Origin: Nostoc punctiforme PCC 73102
Lineage (GTDB): Bacteria > Cyanobacteriota > Cyanobacteriia > Cyanobacteriales > Nostocaceae
Direction of reading: 5' to 3'
Assembly: GCF_000020025.1 (NCBI RefSeq)
Contig: NC_010629.1
Coordinates: forward strand, 1 to 26,419
DNA: 26,419 nucleotides
Each line of letters starts with the position of its first letter. The first letter of the stretch is position 1. The position numbers and the translations under genes were made by a program. Positions 14,816 through 22,328 of the stretch are shown here, one piece after another. The notes beneath the pieces were generated by a model. That model saw only the letters and a list, made by a program, of their open reading frames with translations. It searched no databases and was not told where the DNA came from.

Positions 14816-15852
14816 TACTCCTGATAAGCCATTGCAATGATGTTGAACAACTGCGGCGATGGGGCAATCTTAAAGCGATCTCCAGAAGTTGCACAGATAG
14901 GGGCGGCGATATCTGCACTTCCACCTACAATCAAGACTTCTCCCAACTCTGGTAGGTGTTGCGCCCACTTCGAGCGAATTTCTCTCCGGGCTGACTCCAC
15001 CCACTGGTCACAGGCTTTTTCAAAGATGGAGGAGAAATCAAGTTTGTCTGTCCCGTAGAGGCAATCACCACGAGCGATCGCGTCCATGATGCCCTGTAAA
15101 CTGGGGCTGTAATCGAGAGAATAAACTTCTTTCATCTCTACCGCTACTTGCTGGGCGAGTGCCTTGGTTCCGGGTAGAATCACCTCCGCATCATGGATCA
15201 TGGTTCCGTTCGGCGTGTAAATTCTGGCTATAGCCGTGCCTCCCCCTAAATCCCAAATCGCGTTCTTCGCTTCGGGGAAGCTGAAAAATCCTTGATTTAA
15301 GGCGTAATGAAATGCTGGCTCAGTCTCATCAACTGGGACAACTTCACCCACGGTATAGGTGATGTATTCGCCATTGCGTTTAAATTCTTTGGTCAGTGGG
15401 TGGTTAGCAATTCGCTTCACTGCGACTACATCATCATCATTGAGAGTATTGGGCAGTGCCACAATCATCTGTTGGATGTGTACTGATGTTTGTCCTGGAT
15501 TTGGCTGGATTGCCGCTAGTGCCAGGATAGATGCTAATTGGCATTTGTCTGTTTGGAAAGTCGGCTCACCACCTAGTTCTTGAGCTAATCGCCCAATTAC
15601 AAAGCGTTTACCATCAATTTCAATCAATACTGACTGGTCATCGGGCTTGAGCCGCTTCCACTGGTATTCACTGACCTCTTTTACAACACTGAGTAAACAT
15701 TGCACAACGTTGTTGGGGTCAATCCACTTCACAAAACGGTTGCCCCCATCAAAAACTACTCGCGGTCTTATCTGTCCGTGCTGTGGACTTACAAACCCGT
15801 TACTTGTCGGATAGGATGAGCCGTAAACTGGCTGAATATATGCGTTTGTCAT
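14815..15852 (-). CDS. parM: Actin-like segregation ATPase (ParM/Alp family)
   Basis: Actin-fold motifs VVFDGGNRFVKW (phosphate 1), IWDLGGGTAIA (phosphate 2) and VLIVGGSA (adenosine). 345 aa. Confidence 0.8.
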   Translation of the reverse strand: MTNAYIQPVYGSSYPTSNGFVSPQHGQIRPRVVFDGGNRFVKWIDPNNVVQCLLSVVKEVSEYQWKRLKPDDQSVLIEIDGKRFVIGRLAQELGGEPTFQTDKCQLASILALAAIQPNPGQTSVHIQQMIVALPNTLNDDDVVAVKRIANHPLTKEFKRNGEYITYTVGEVVPVDETEPAFHYALNQGFFSFPEAKNAIWDLGGGTAIARIYTPNGTMIHDAEVILPGTKALAQQVAVEMKEVYSLDYSPSLQGIMDAIARGDCLYGTDKLDFSSIFEKACDQWVESARREIRSKWAQHLPELGEVLIVGGSADIAAPICATSGDRFKIAPSPQLFNIIAMAYQE

Positions 15853-15990
15853 GGTGCAGATTTTAGAGTTAATCCTTTGATTGATAAGCGTTTGCGGTCA
15901 ATTTTAGGCGGCTACTAAGTCCACTACCTATTTATCCTTGGTGTGGCATTTCACGCGCTTCATCGTCCGTTTTGCGCTCATGTCTATAAC

Positions 15991-16033
15991 TTAGCACATT
16001 AATTCACTTTGCACATTAGTGAAATAGTGAATT
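15991..16033. promoter_or_regulatory. Repeat cluster upstream of the parM-like gene (parC/operator candidate)
   Basis: gcacatta at 15994 and 16011. aattcact (16001-16008) is inverted to agtgaatt (16026-16033), with an extra agtgaaat at 16018. Confidence 0.4.
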
Positions 16034-16109
16034 TACAGCATAGTTACTTATCGATATGCAAAAATGAATAATGAAAATTAATACAATATTTCACTAAATT
16101 AGATTTAAT

Positions 16110-16259
16110 ATGACTGAGAAGCAAGTATTTGTGAGGGGGAAGATAAGTGAATCTCAAAAAGCAAGATTTAAAGCTGCTTGCGCCCTAATAAATAGACCTA
16201 TGGATGAAGTGATGGCAGAGCTTATTGAAGAATGGCTTAAAACTCAAGACATTAAATAG
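16110..16259 (+). CDS. Unlisted 49-aa ribbon-helix-helix (CopG-like) protein
   Basis: MTEKQVFVRGKISESQKARFKAACALINRPMDEVMAELIEEWLKTQDIK* shows the strand/helix/helix pattern typical of RHH repressors. It is below the 60-aa ORF-track cutoff. No strong SD sequence. Confidence 0.55.
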   Translation: MTEKQVFVRGKISESQKARFKAACALINRPMDEVMAELIEEWLKTQDIK

Positions 16260-16825
16260 AAATGAACTAAATCAGTACATACGTATTGACTTTTAGTACT
16301 TTAGTACTGCAAGTCCATTAAAATTGATACTGTTTCAATCTTTATAATGCTTGCAAAATAAGCATAATTCTTAAAAAGACATTGCTAAAAATATTAGTAA
16401 CGTCATGTACTCGTATGGCTTTTAATGTTATTAAAAAGCTTGTAAAAGCTTGTTCTGCCTGGAATTAAAGATAAAAAATAAATTATTTTATTTTGGAAAG
16501 TCGCACATTTACTATTTATTTTTATGGAAGATAAATTACTATGTAATAAGACTATACCCTTAGTCCATCTTTTCTAAGTGTCATGTCACCAGATATACAT
16601 AAGGAAAGAATGCCTCCCCGGACTCAACTTGCTTCTAACAAGTTGTTTAACAGTCCCAGAAGACACCTCTTTGTTTGAATTGATAAATATTCAAATTTCT
16701 TTATAACCTAATGCTAGCAGTTCCGAGAACTTCCTACAACGGGTTTAACAAGAAATTTGATTAAAATTTTGGTGAATCTTCAGGGGAGGTAAAGCCCACA
16801 CAATTTACCTCACAAGGATTTCACA
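16260..16825. promoter_or_regulatory. Long AT-rich intergenic region upstream of the primase-helicase gene; candidate vegetative origin / promoter region
   Basis: Tandem ttagtact x2 (16293-16308) and tandem aaaagcttgt x2 (16434-16453). Nearly pure A/T run at 16463-16494. IR caacttg-N6-caagttg near 16626. Confidence 0.35.
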
Positions 16826-19800
16826 ATGGTAGCCATTTTAAAAGGACAGGAAACTGTTGGCGGTTCCGCTATGCCAGGGGCGTTCGCCTCCTTCGACATC
16901 CGAAATTTTCAAGACCAGCTAGAACCGTCCAAAGAAAAAGGCAAGTACATCTGCCCCGTTTGCGGGGGGCATAACTTATCTATCGTCCCAGAAACCGGAA
17001 AGTATCAATGCTTCAATAATTGTGAGTGCAAGGACATCCGAGAGGCAATCAAACCTTGGGATGAAGTGCTGGCAGAGCGACAAAAAACTAATTTCAGTGC
17101 AGCACCAAACAAAAACCCAATCAGAGTTAAGACGGTCAAGCCCAACCCAACCCCAATTCCAGATGGCGAATTAGGTTTGGTAATGTTGACCGAGCCAGCA
17201 ACCAATATTCCCCAACCTCAAAAATTAAAGAGTAAGCGAAAGGGCATCCCCGGAAACGCAACCGAAACAACCTATCAATACTCCCCAACCCAATGGATTG
17301 ACCGTTACGAATGGGCAGACACCAGTAAAGAGAAAGGTTATGACAAGAGTTTTCGGCAATGGCATAGACTCCCCGACGGCACACCAGAAATGAAGAAGGG
17401 TGATCAACCTTGGGGGGCATATCGCATTGATGAAGCGCTAGCCTGTGCTAAATCTGTGACGGGAACCTCGGCACTACTCCAGCATGAAGGTGAGGGATGC
17501 GTAGAAGTTGGTCGGGAGCATGGTCTTGCTGGGATTACGTTTCAGGGCAGTGCATGGGATAAAAAGACTATCACGCCCGAATATCAACGTGCTTTGGATT
17601 CAGGCATAGGATTAATCGTTTTTCTGCACGATGCTGACGACACTGGCTTAAAGAAACTCCAGACCTGCCAGGACTGTGCCGACGAAGTGGGAATTGCATT
17701 TATTGGAATTAACCCTCACGACATCTGCCCCGATTTACCATATAAATCAAGTGATATCAAAGAAATCTTGGGGCAGATGGAAACACCAGAATTTATCCGC
17801 AGGTTAGAGCAGGAGATCCACGCGGCTGTGGCAGAGCGTGAGCAACTGGCAAAGCTGCAAAATTTTGATGATCCTTTAAATGATCTTGATCCAGTTGTCA
17901 GCTTCATTCAAATTGCTTTCAAAACTCTCTATGGCGATAAGAGTTGGATTTGTGCTGCGGATAGGCTCTACTGGCATACTGGCAACCACTACAAACACTC
18001 TCCTGATGACACAGAGCGTAGACGAATCACCAATTTTTGTAATTCATTTGCAGTTGAAAATGAGCAAGGTAAAAAATCCTATCCTTACGCTTCACCCAGT
18101 TCAGTTAAGAAGGTTCTAGAGTGGGCAAAAATGCGAACGGGAATTGAGGCAGAATTACTCAATCCACCAGGGATTAATTGCACTAATGGGATAGTTAGAC
18201 CCGTTTTGATAGGTAATAAGGTTATTCCACGGCTAGACCCTCATACCCCCGAAGATTACTTTATTTATGAACCGTTGATTGAGTACAATCCAAACGCTGA
18301 TACTACAGATTGCGACCGATTACTTGAGTGTTTGGATAGACCCCAGCAAGAAATTCTTTTAAGAAATCTTGCCGCTTCGATTGACCTTAAAACTGTTAGG
18401 AAGCTCAGAGGAAGAGAGGTAAAAGCAATTCTAGCAGTTGGGCTTGGGTCTAACGGTAAAGATGCTCTGCGCGAGTGTGTATCAATCATTTACGGCGAAA
18501 ATGGACTAACTTCTGTCTCTTTAGCAGACTTCCAATTGTACGACGAAGGCAGGAAGTTTAACTTAGCTCCATTGATGCACAGCAGGGTAAATTGGGCATC
18601 AGAAAACCCACAAACGTCGAGAATCGACAAGATTCAAAGCTTAAAATTATTTGTAACTGGTAACAAGTTGCATTGTGAACGGAAGGGTAAAGACCATATT
18701 GAGTTTACCCCTGAAGCCATAGGTATTTTTAACTTGAATGAAACACCATCATTACAAGGAGTAATGAAAGCAATTCAAGATAGGATTGCAGTTTTAGAGT
18801 TTAAGAAAACCTTTGAAAAAAATCCAGATCCTAACAACCCAAATGAATTACTAGCTGATCCCCGCTTTGCTTACGACAAGGAATTTATCAGAACGAAAGT
18901 AGCCCCAGCATTTCTAAATAAAATGCTGCAAGCACTTAATGACCTGATAGAAGAAGGCATTGATTACGAATGTACAACTGATGCTTTCTACAACCTTCAG
19001 AAAGAAAATAATCACCTATTTGACTTCATAGAAGCCGCAAACTTATGTTATGTCCCTGGTAAGGAACTGACTGCAAAAGAGCTATGGGTAAGACTGGAAC
19101 ATTACTACACTCAAACTGGCACATTAACTATAGATTCCGATAACAACCGCAGAACGTGGAGCGAACAGGTTAGACCCAGTGACAAAAACGTAAAGGGCAT
19201 TAACCAAGTCATCGCCAGAATCGCTCAACTCTTCCCCAAGGCTGTCAAGGGAACTAGGTACTGTGACATTGCTAAAAGAAACATTCCAGTACTCAAAGGC
19301 ATTGGCATTTTGGAAGTTACCCGCACCACATTAGACGAAACCCGCACCACTTCCGCACCACTTTCCGCACCAGAAACAACGCATTATCAGGACTTCCGCA
19401 CCACCCGCACCACTTTTTCAGATTCCCAGGAAAAAAACATTGAAGAGTCAGAAATGAAAATTCAATCGCTTCCTATCCCAATGGAAAAAGAAGAATATGC
19501 CACCTCAACTGGTGCGGGTGATGCGGAACCCTTGCTAGATAGGGAAAACTGCTGCGGGGAGTCCTGCGTCAGTGGTGCGGATCAACTAGAAAGTGGTGCG
19601 GGTATGCCAACTGATGATCAGGCAGCGATCGCCGCGCCAATTGCATCCGATACTGTTTTGGTAAAAGCTGAGGACGAGAACTTATACTCACTGTTGCAGA
19701 TTGAAATCGACGGCGGGAACATTGCAGGGTTTGTTGGTTGCCAAGTTGAGGTGCGATCGCTTAGTGGTGCGGTCAAGTTCGCAGGTGAGATGATTAACTA

Positions 19801-19885
19801 CGACTCTAAGAATGGAATTGTGACTGTGGCCACCTCGCAAGGGAACCGAGATGCATCTCTTTGCGAGACGTTTGTAATTGACTAA
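16826..19885 (+). CDS. Bifunctional replicative primase-helicase (zinc finger + TOPRIM + D5/P4-type SF3 NTPase), 1019 aa
   Basis: CPVCGGHNLSIVPETGKYQCFNNCEC zinc finger. TOPRIM LLQHEGEGC ... VFLHDADDTG. Walker A AVGLGSNGKD and ...NWASENP...LFVTGNKLHCERKGKD...FNLNETP, typical of phage/plasmid primase C-terminal domains. AAGGA lies 9 nt upstream. Confidence 0.9.
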   Translation: MVAILKGQETVGGSAMPGAFASFDIRNFQDQLEPSKEKGKYICPVCGGHNLSIVPETGKYQCFNNCECKDIREAIKPWDEVLAERQKTNFSAAPNKNPIRVKTVKPNPTPIPDGELGLVMLTEPATNIPQPQKLKSKRKGIPGNATETTYQYSPTQWIDRYEWADTSKEKGYDKSFRQWHRLPDGTPEMKKGDQPWGAYRIDEALACAKSVTGTSALLQHEGEGCVEVGREHGLAGITFQGSAWDKKTITPEYQRALDSGIGLIVFLHDADDTGLKKLQTCQDCADEVGIAFIGINPHDICPDLPYKSSDIKEILGQMETPEFIRRLEQEIHAAVAEREQLAKLQNFDDPLNDLDPVVSFIQIAFKTLYGDKSWICAADRLYWHTGNHYKHSPDDTERRRITNFCNSFAVENEQGKKSYPYASPSSVKKVLEWAKMRTGIEAELLNPPGINCTNGIVRPVLIGNKVIPRLDPHTPEDYFIYEPLIEYNPNADTTDCDRLLECLDRPQQEILLRNLAASIDLKTVRKLRGREVKAILAVGLGSNGKDALRECVSIIYGENGLTSVSLADFQLYDEGRKFNLAPLMHSRVNWASENPQTSRIDKIQSLKLFVTGNKLHCERKGKDHIEFTPEAIGIFNLNETPSLQGVMKAIQDRIAVLEFKKTFEKNPDPNNPNELLADPRFAYDKEFIRTKVAPAFLNKMLQALNDLIEEGIDYECTTDAFYNLQKENNHLFDFIEAANLCYVPGKELTAKELWVRLEHYYTQTGTLTIDSDNNRRTWSEQVRPSDKNVKGINQVIARIAQLFPKAVKGTRYCDIAKRNIPVLKGIGILEVTRTTLDETRTTSAPLSAPETTHYQDFRTTRTTFSDSQEKNIEESEMKIQSLPIPMEKEEYATSTGAGDAEPLLDRENCCGESCVSGADQLESGAGMPTDDQAAIAAPIASDTVLVKAEDENLYSLLQIEIDGGNIAGFVGCQVEVRSLSGAVKFAGEMINYDSKNGIVTVATSQGNRDASLCETFVID
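19320..19413 (+). repeat. Six forward copies of CCGCACCAC inside the primase-helicase coding region
   Basis: Starts at 19321, 19342, 19353, 19365 (8/9), 19396 and 19405, with spacings of 21, 11, 12, 31 and 9 bp. The copies fall in two different codon phases (TRTT vs SAPL). Confidence 0.85.
19510..19772 (-). repeat. Reverse-orientation copies (GTGGTGCGG) of the same 9-mer, still inside the coding region
   Basis: Perfect copies at 19572, 19593 and 19764. 8/9 variants at 19509-19517 and 19518-19526. Confidence 0.8.
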
Positions 19886-20025
19886 GGAATGCAACTGGCC
19901 ATCGCTACTGTCGTGACTGCGCTTAATCGAAAGCACTTCTAAATTAGGTTGCTCCATGTCCTGTATGACTACCGAATTACAGGAGATTGCGAGTAAGCCA
20001 TCGTGTTGATTGATACCAATTTTCA

Positions 20026-20138
20026 ATGACTGTCAAAATGCGCCGTAAACTACCCCTAGTATCCCTCTACTGTACCCAATGACAGTCGTTTGACAGTCAT
20101 TGCCCAAAAACCCGATGACTGTCAAACGACTGTCGTTA
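20026..20138. repeat. GACTGTCA iteron / inverted-repeat cluster downstream of the primase-helicase gene
   Basis: atgactgtcaaa at 20026. atgacagtcgtttgacagtcat (20079-20100) carries two 11-bp-spaced copies. Its near-perfect reverse complement atgactgtcaaacgactgtcgt lies at 20115-20136 (21/22). Confidence 0.8.
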
Positions 20139-20246
20139 TACCCCCTAAAGGTGCTTTTGGGCGTATTTTCGCACCAGCCAGTAAGGGCGATTTCTCCCCC
20201 AAAAGTGGATTTCAGGGTTTTGTATAAGTGATACCATACTCACTAT

Positions 20247-20303
20247 GGTTTCATGCCCTGCGGGTGGCTGCGCCATCTCTCGCTCCGCTCGTGACATGAA
20301 ACC
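20247..20303. other. GC-rich hairpin upstream of the MOBV relic (possible relic oriT)
   Basis: ggtttcatg (20247-20255) pairs with catgaaacc (20295-20303) around a 39-nt GC-rich loop. Confidence 0.35.
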
Positions 20304-20365
20304 GCCGTTCGCCTAAAGGGGTTTTTTCGTACTACACTCGCACTGCATTTGTAGCATAATTTTTT

Positions 20366-20742
20366 ATGTCGCCACTAACAATTCTCAGGATTGAGAAACT
20401 AAAAACATTCGGCAACGTTGCGGGAAGTGATGACCATGTTACCAGAAACAGAGAAACACCCAACGCAGATCCAACGCTTATAGAATGTCCGGTTAATTGG
20501 GGGAGAAGACGAACGCGCACTCGAAGAGATAGTTAAAGAAAAAATCTCTACGCTACTGCATCGCCCTCGGCATGATGCAGTGTTATGCACTCTTCATGTT
20601 TCTCTCGGCATCACCTGAATATTTCCGTCCCGTTGATCCATCTCTTTATGGGCAGTGGTCTGATGAGAGGATCAGTATTGAGTCAGCCCTGACTGGCGCT
20701 CACGTCAAATTAGGGTTTTGGGGCGTTAGGCTATCTTCTTGA
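20366..20742 (+). pseudogene. Frameshifted, truncated relic of a MOBV (Pre/Mob) family relaxase
   Basis: Frame 1: MSPLTILRIEKLKTFGNVAGSDDHVTRNRETPNADPTLI (HxxR motif I). A +1 shift near 20483 gives NVRLIGGEDERALEEIVKEKISTLLHRPRHDAVLC. Another +1 near 20611 gives SPEYFRPV... There is no HxDE..PHxH motif before the stop at 20740-20742. Confidence 0.65.
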
Positions 20743-20842
20743 CAAAAGCTAACTTTTCCCCAGGCAGTCCCCCTTTTGGCCAACTGTTCGCTCAACTTTC
20801 TTATAGCGAGGAAACGCACTACATTATTCTATATAATGGGGT

Positions 20843-20881
20843 TTAAAAAAAGAAATGCCCTTACTTTTTAGTAAGAGCATT
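20843..20881 (-). terminator. Intrinsic terminator downstream of the PEP-CTERM gene
   Basis: On the minus strand: aatgctcttact-aaaa-agtaagggcatt followed by tcttttttt. The 12-bp stem has one mismatch. Confidence 0.6.
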
Positions 20882-21014
20882 GAAATTTAGTTATTTAAAT
20901 GTTTAATGGGTAAATCGATACAGCTTGAAATACTTTTCGCTTAAGCTTTATCCAAAATTCTATTACTCACTGAAGATAAATCAAGCTCTATTGCGAATAG
21001 TCTCCACCAAATTG

Positions 21015-21944
21015 CTACGATGATTTCTTGCGTCGCTTGCTACCAGCTAAGGCCAGACCGACAATTCCTAAACCAGCGAGACTAGCAGGCTCAGGAGTCG
21101 ATTGGACAGTACCAGATTTCTTGAATTCAAATGCAATAGTTTGTGTGCCATTAAATTTGCTGGCATCATAACCAGTGGTTAACAACTGCTGCGTTACATT
21201 ACCCTGTGCTAGGAACGAGATTCCACTCAGATATTTTCCAGAGTCGATGACATTAAGATTAAATGTATTGTCCTTGCCATTATTAGTAAAATAACTACTG
21301 GTCAAATCACCATAACCGACAATACCACCACCTTGTTTTACCTGACTTTCGTAAGAATTCCCTCCTCCTGCTAAACCACCATATGTAGCAACAGTATAGC
21401 CCTCTTTGATATTAGTAACTGTCTTTGCCTGAACACCACTATAAACACCTAGTTGTTGTACTCCTGAAGCATTCGCTGAAGCGAAATGAATACCAAACAA
21501 ATCCCCACTGCTCATAGCATTGTCAAAGGTCTTACCGGCCATATTGAAGAATAAATCACCATATCCAATCTGACCGCCGGCAGCACCCTGTTCAGCCTCT
21601 CCTGTTAACTTCATATTGCCATTGATTGCCACAATGATGCTGGTAGCAGTTTCTTTGATAGCCATACCAGAGATATCGTAGGGATTTACTGACCCTGGCG
21701 CAGCACCAACCCAGTAATTTCCGTTCATCCCATCTTTGTTTGAATCAAATGCATACTGCCAGCCATTAGCATCGGTGGAGTTTTGACCCATGAGAAGACC
21801 AGTTGTGTCATTCATACACTCCAAAGATATGCTAAATGCTGTTCCCTTTAAGTCGGAGGCATACGCTCCTTGACTAGCCACAAAGAAGATTCCAAAAGTG
21901 GTAATGCCAATCTTTAGTAAATTGAATAAGTTTTGATTTTTCAT
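21015..21944 (-). CDS. PEP-CTERM sorting-domain (exosortase-dependent) surface protein
   Basis: N-terminal signal peptide (ITTFGIFFVASQGAYA) and a Gly/Asn/Thr-rich beta-type body. The C-terminus TPEPASLAGLGIVGLALAGSKRRKKSS gives PEP motif + TM + basic tail. Confidence 0.85.
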   Translation of the reverse strand: MKNQNLFNLLKIGITTFGIFFVASQGAYASDLKGTAFSISLECMNDTTGLLMGQNSTDANGWQYAFDSNKDGMNGNYWVGAAPGSVNPYDISGMAIKETATSIIVAINGNMKLTGEAEQGAAGGQIGYGDLFFNMAGKTFDNAMSSGDLFGIHFASANASGVQQLGVYSGVQAKTVTNIKEGYTVATYGGLAGGGNSYESQVKQGGGIVGYGDLTSSYFTNNGKDNTFNLNVIDSGKYLSGISFLAQGNVTQQLLTTGYDASKFNGTQTIAFEFKKSGTVQSTPEPASLAGLGIVGLALAGSKRRKKSS

Positions 21945-22004
21945 ATTTTATAACTTGATTGATTTAGAAAATCACAGTTTTCTGTACTTCTCTATTTGTA
22001 ATTG

Positions 22005-22024
22005 GAATTACAAAAACAGAAAAG
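22005..22024. promoter_or_regulatory. 9+9 bp palindrome upstream of the PEP-CTERM gene carrying the par octad motif
   Basis: tttgtaatt-gg-aattacaaa lies 61 bp upstream of the ATG at 21944. The half-site equals the ATTACAAA/TGTAAT unit of the par-flanking arrays. Confidence 0.45.
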
Positions 22025-22328
22025 CGTGATTATTCTGAACATATAATTTGGATAAATTAACGATAATTTTATAAAACTCAAATAAAAAATGGCATATTTA
22101 GTGAAAATTGCTTTTCTCTAACCCAATTGTATTAAAGGTGAAATAGGAGCCAAGCCAAGTAGGTCTAGTAGCCTACGATTTTCTGCACCCATTTAATTAG
22201 ATAGTTTTAAAAAACTTTTGGGTTTGTATAAGCTTAACAAACCATATCCCGCCAGCATCTCCGTACAGGGCATCTAAACCCGCTATCGCTAGAAGTTTTT
22301 TGTCTATATTAATCTACTTTCAGGGGTC

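Noticed and set aside
10971-15583. Short plus-strand ORFs antisense to the minus-strand operon (10971-11177, 13031-13231, 13323-13560, 14837-15058, 15359-15583)
   Set aside because: All lie inside better-supported minus-strand genes with RBSs and recognisable motifs.
17005-18489. Minus-strand and alternative-frame ORFs inside the primase-helicase gene (17005-17205, 17136-17420, 17225-17407, 17716-17907, 17880-18119, 18265-18489)
   Set aside because: They are embedded in a 1019-aa CDS with zinc-finger, TOPRIM and SF3 motifs in order. None has independent support.
19688-20590. Minus-strand ORFs 19688-20026, 20332-20520 and 20399-20590
   Set aside because: The first overlaps the 3' end of the primase-helicase gene. 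The other two are antisense to the frameshifted MOBV relic, whose plus-strand frames carry recognisable relaxase motifs.
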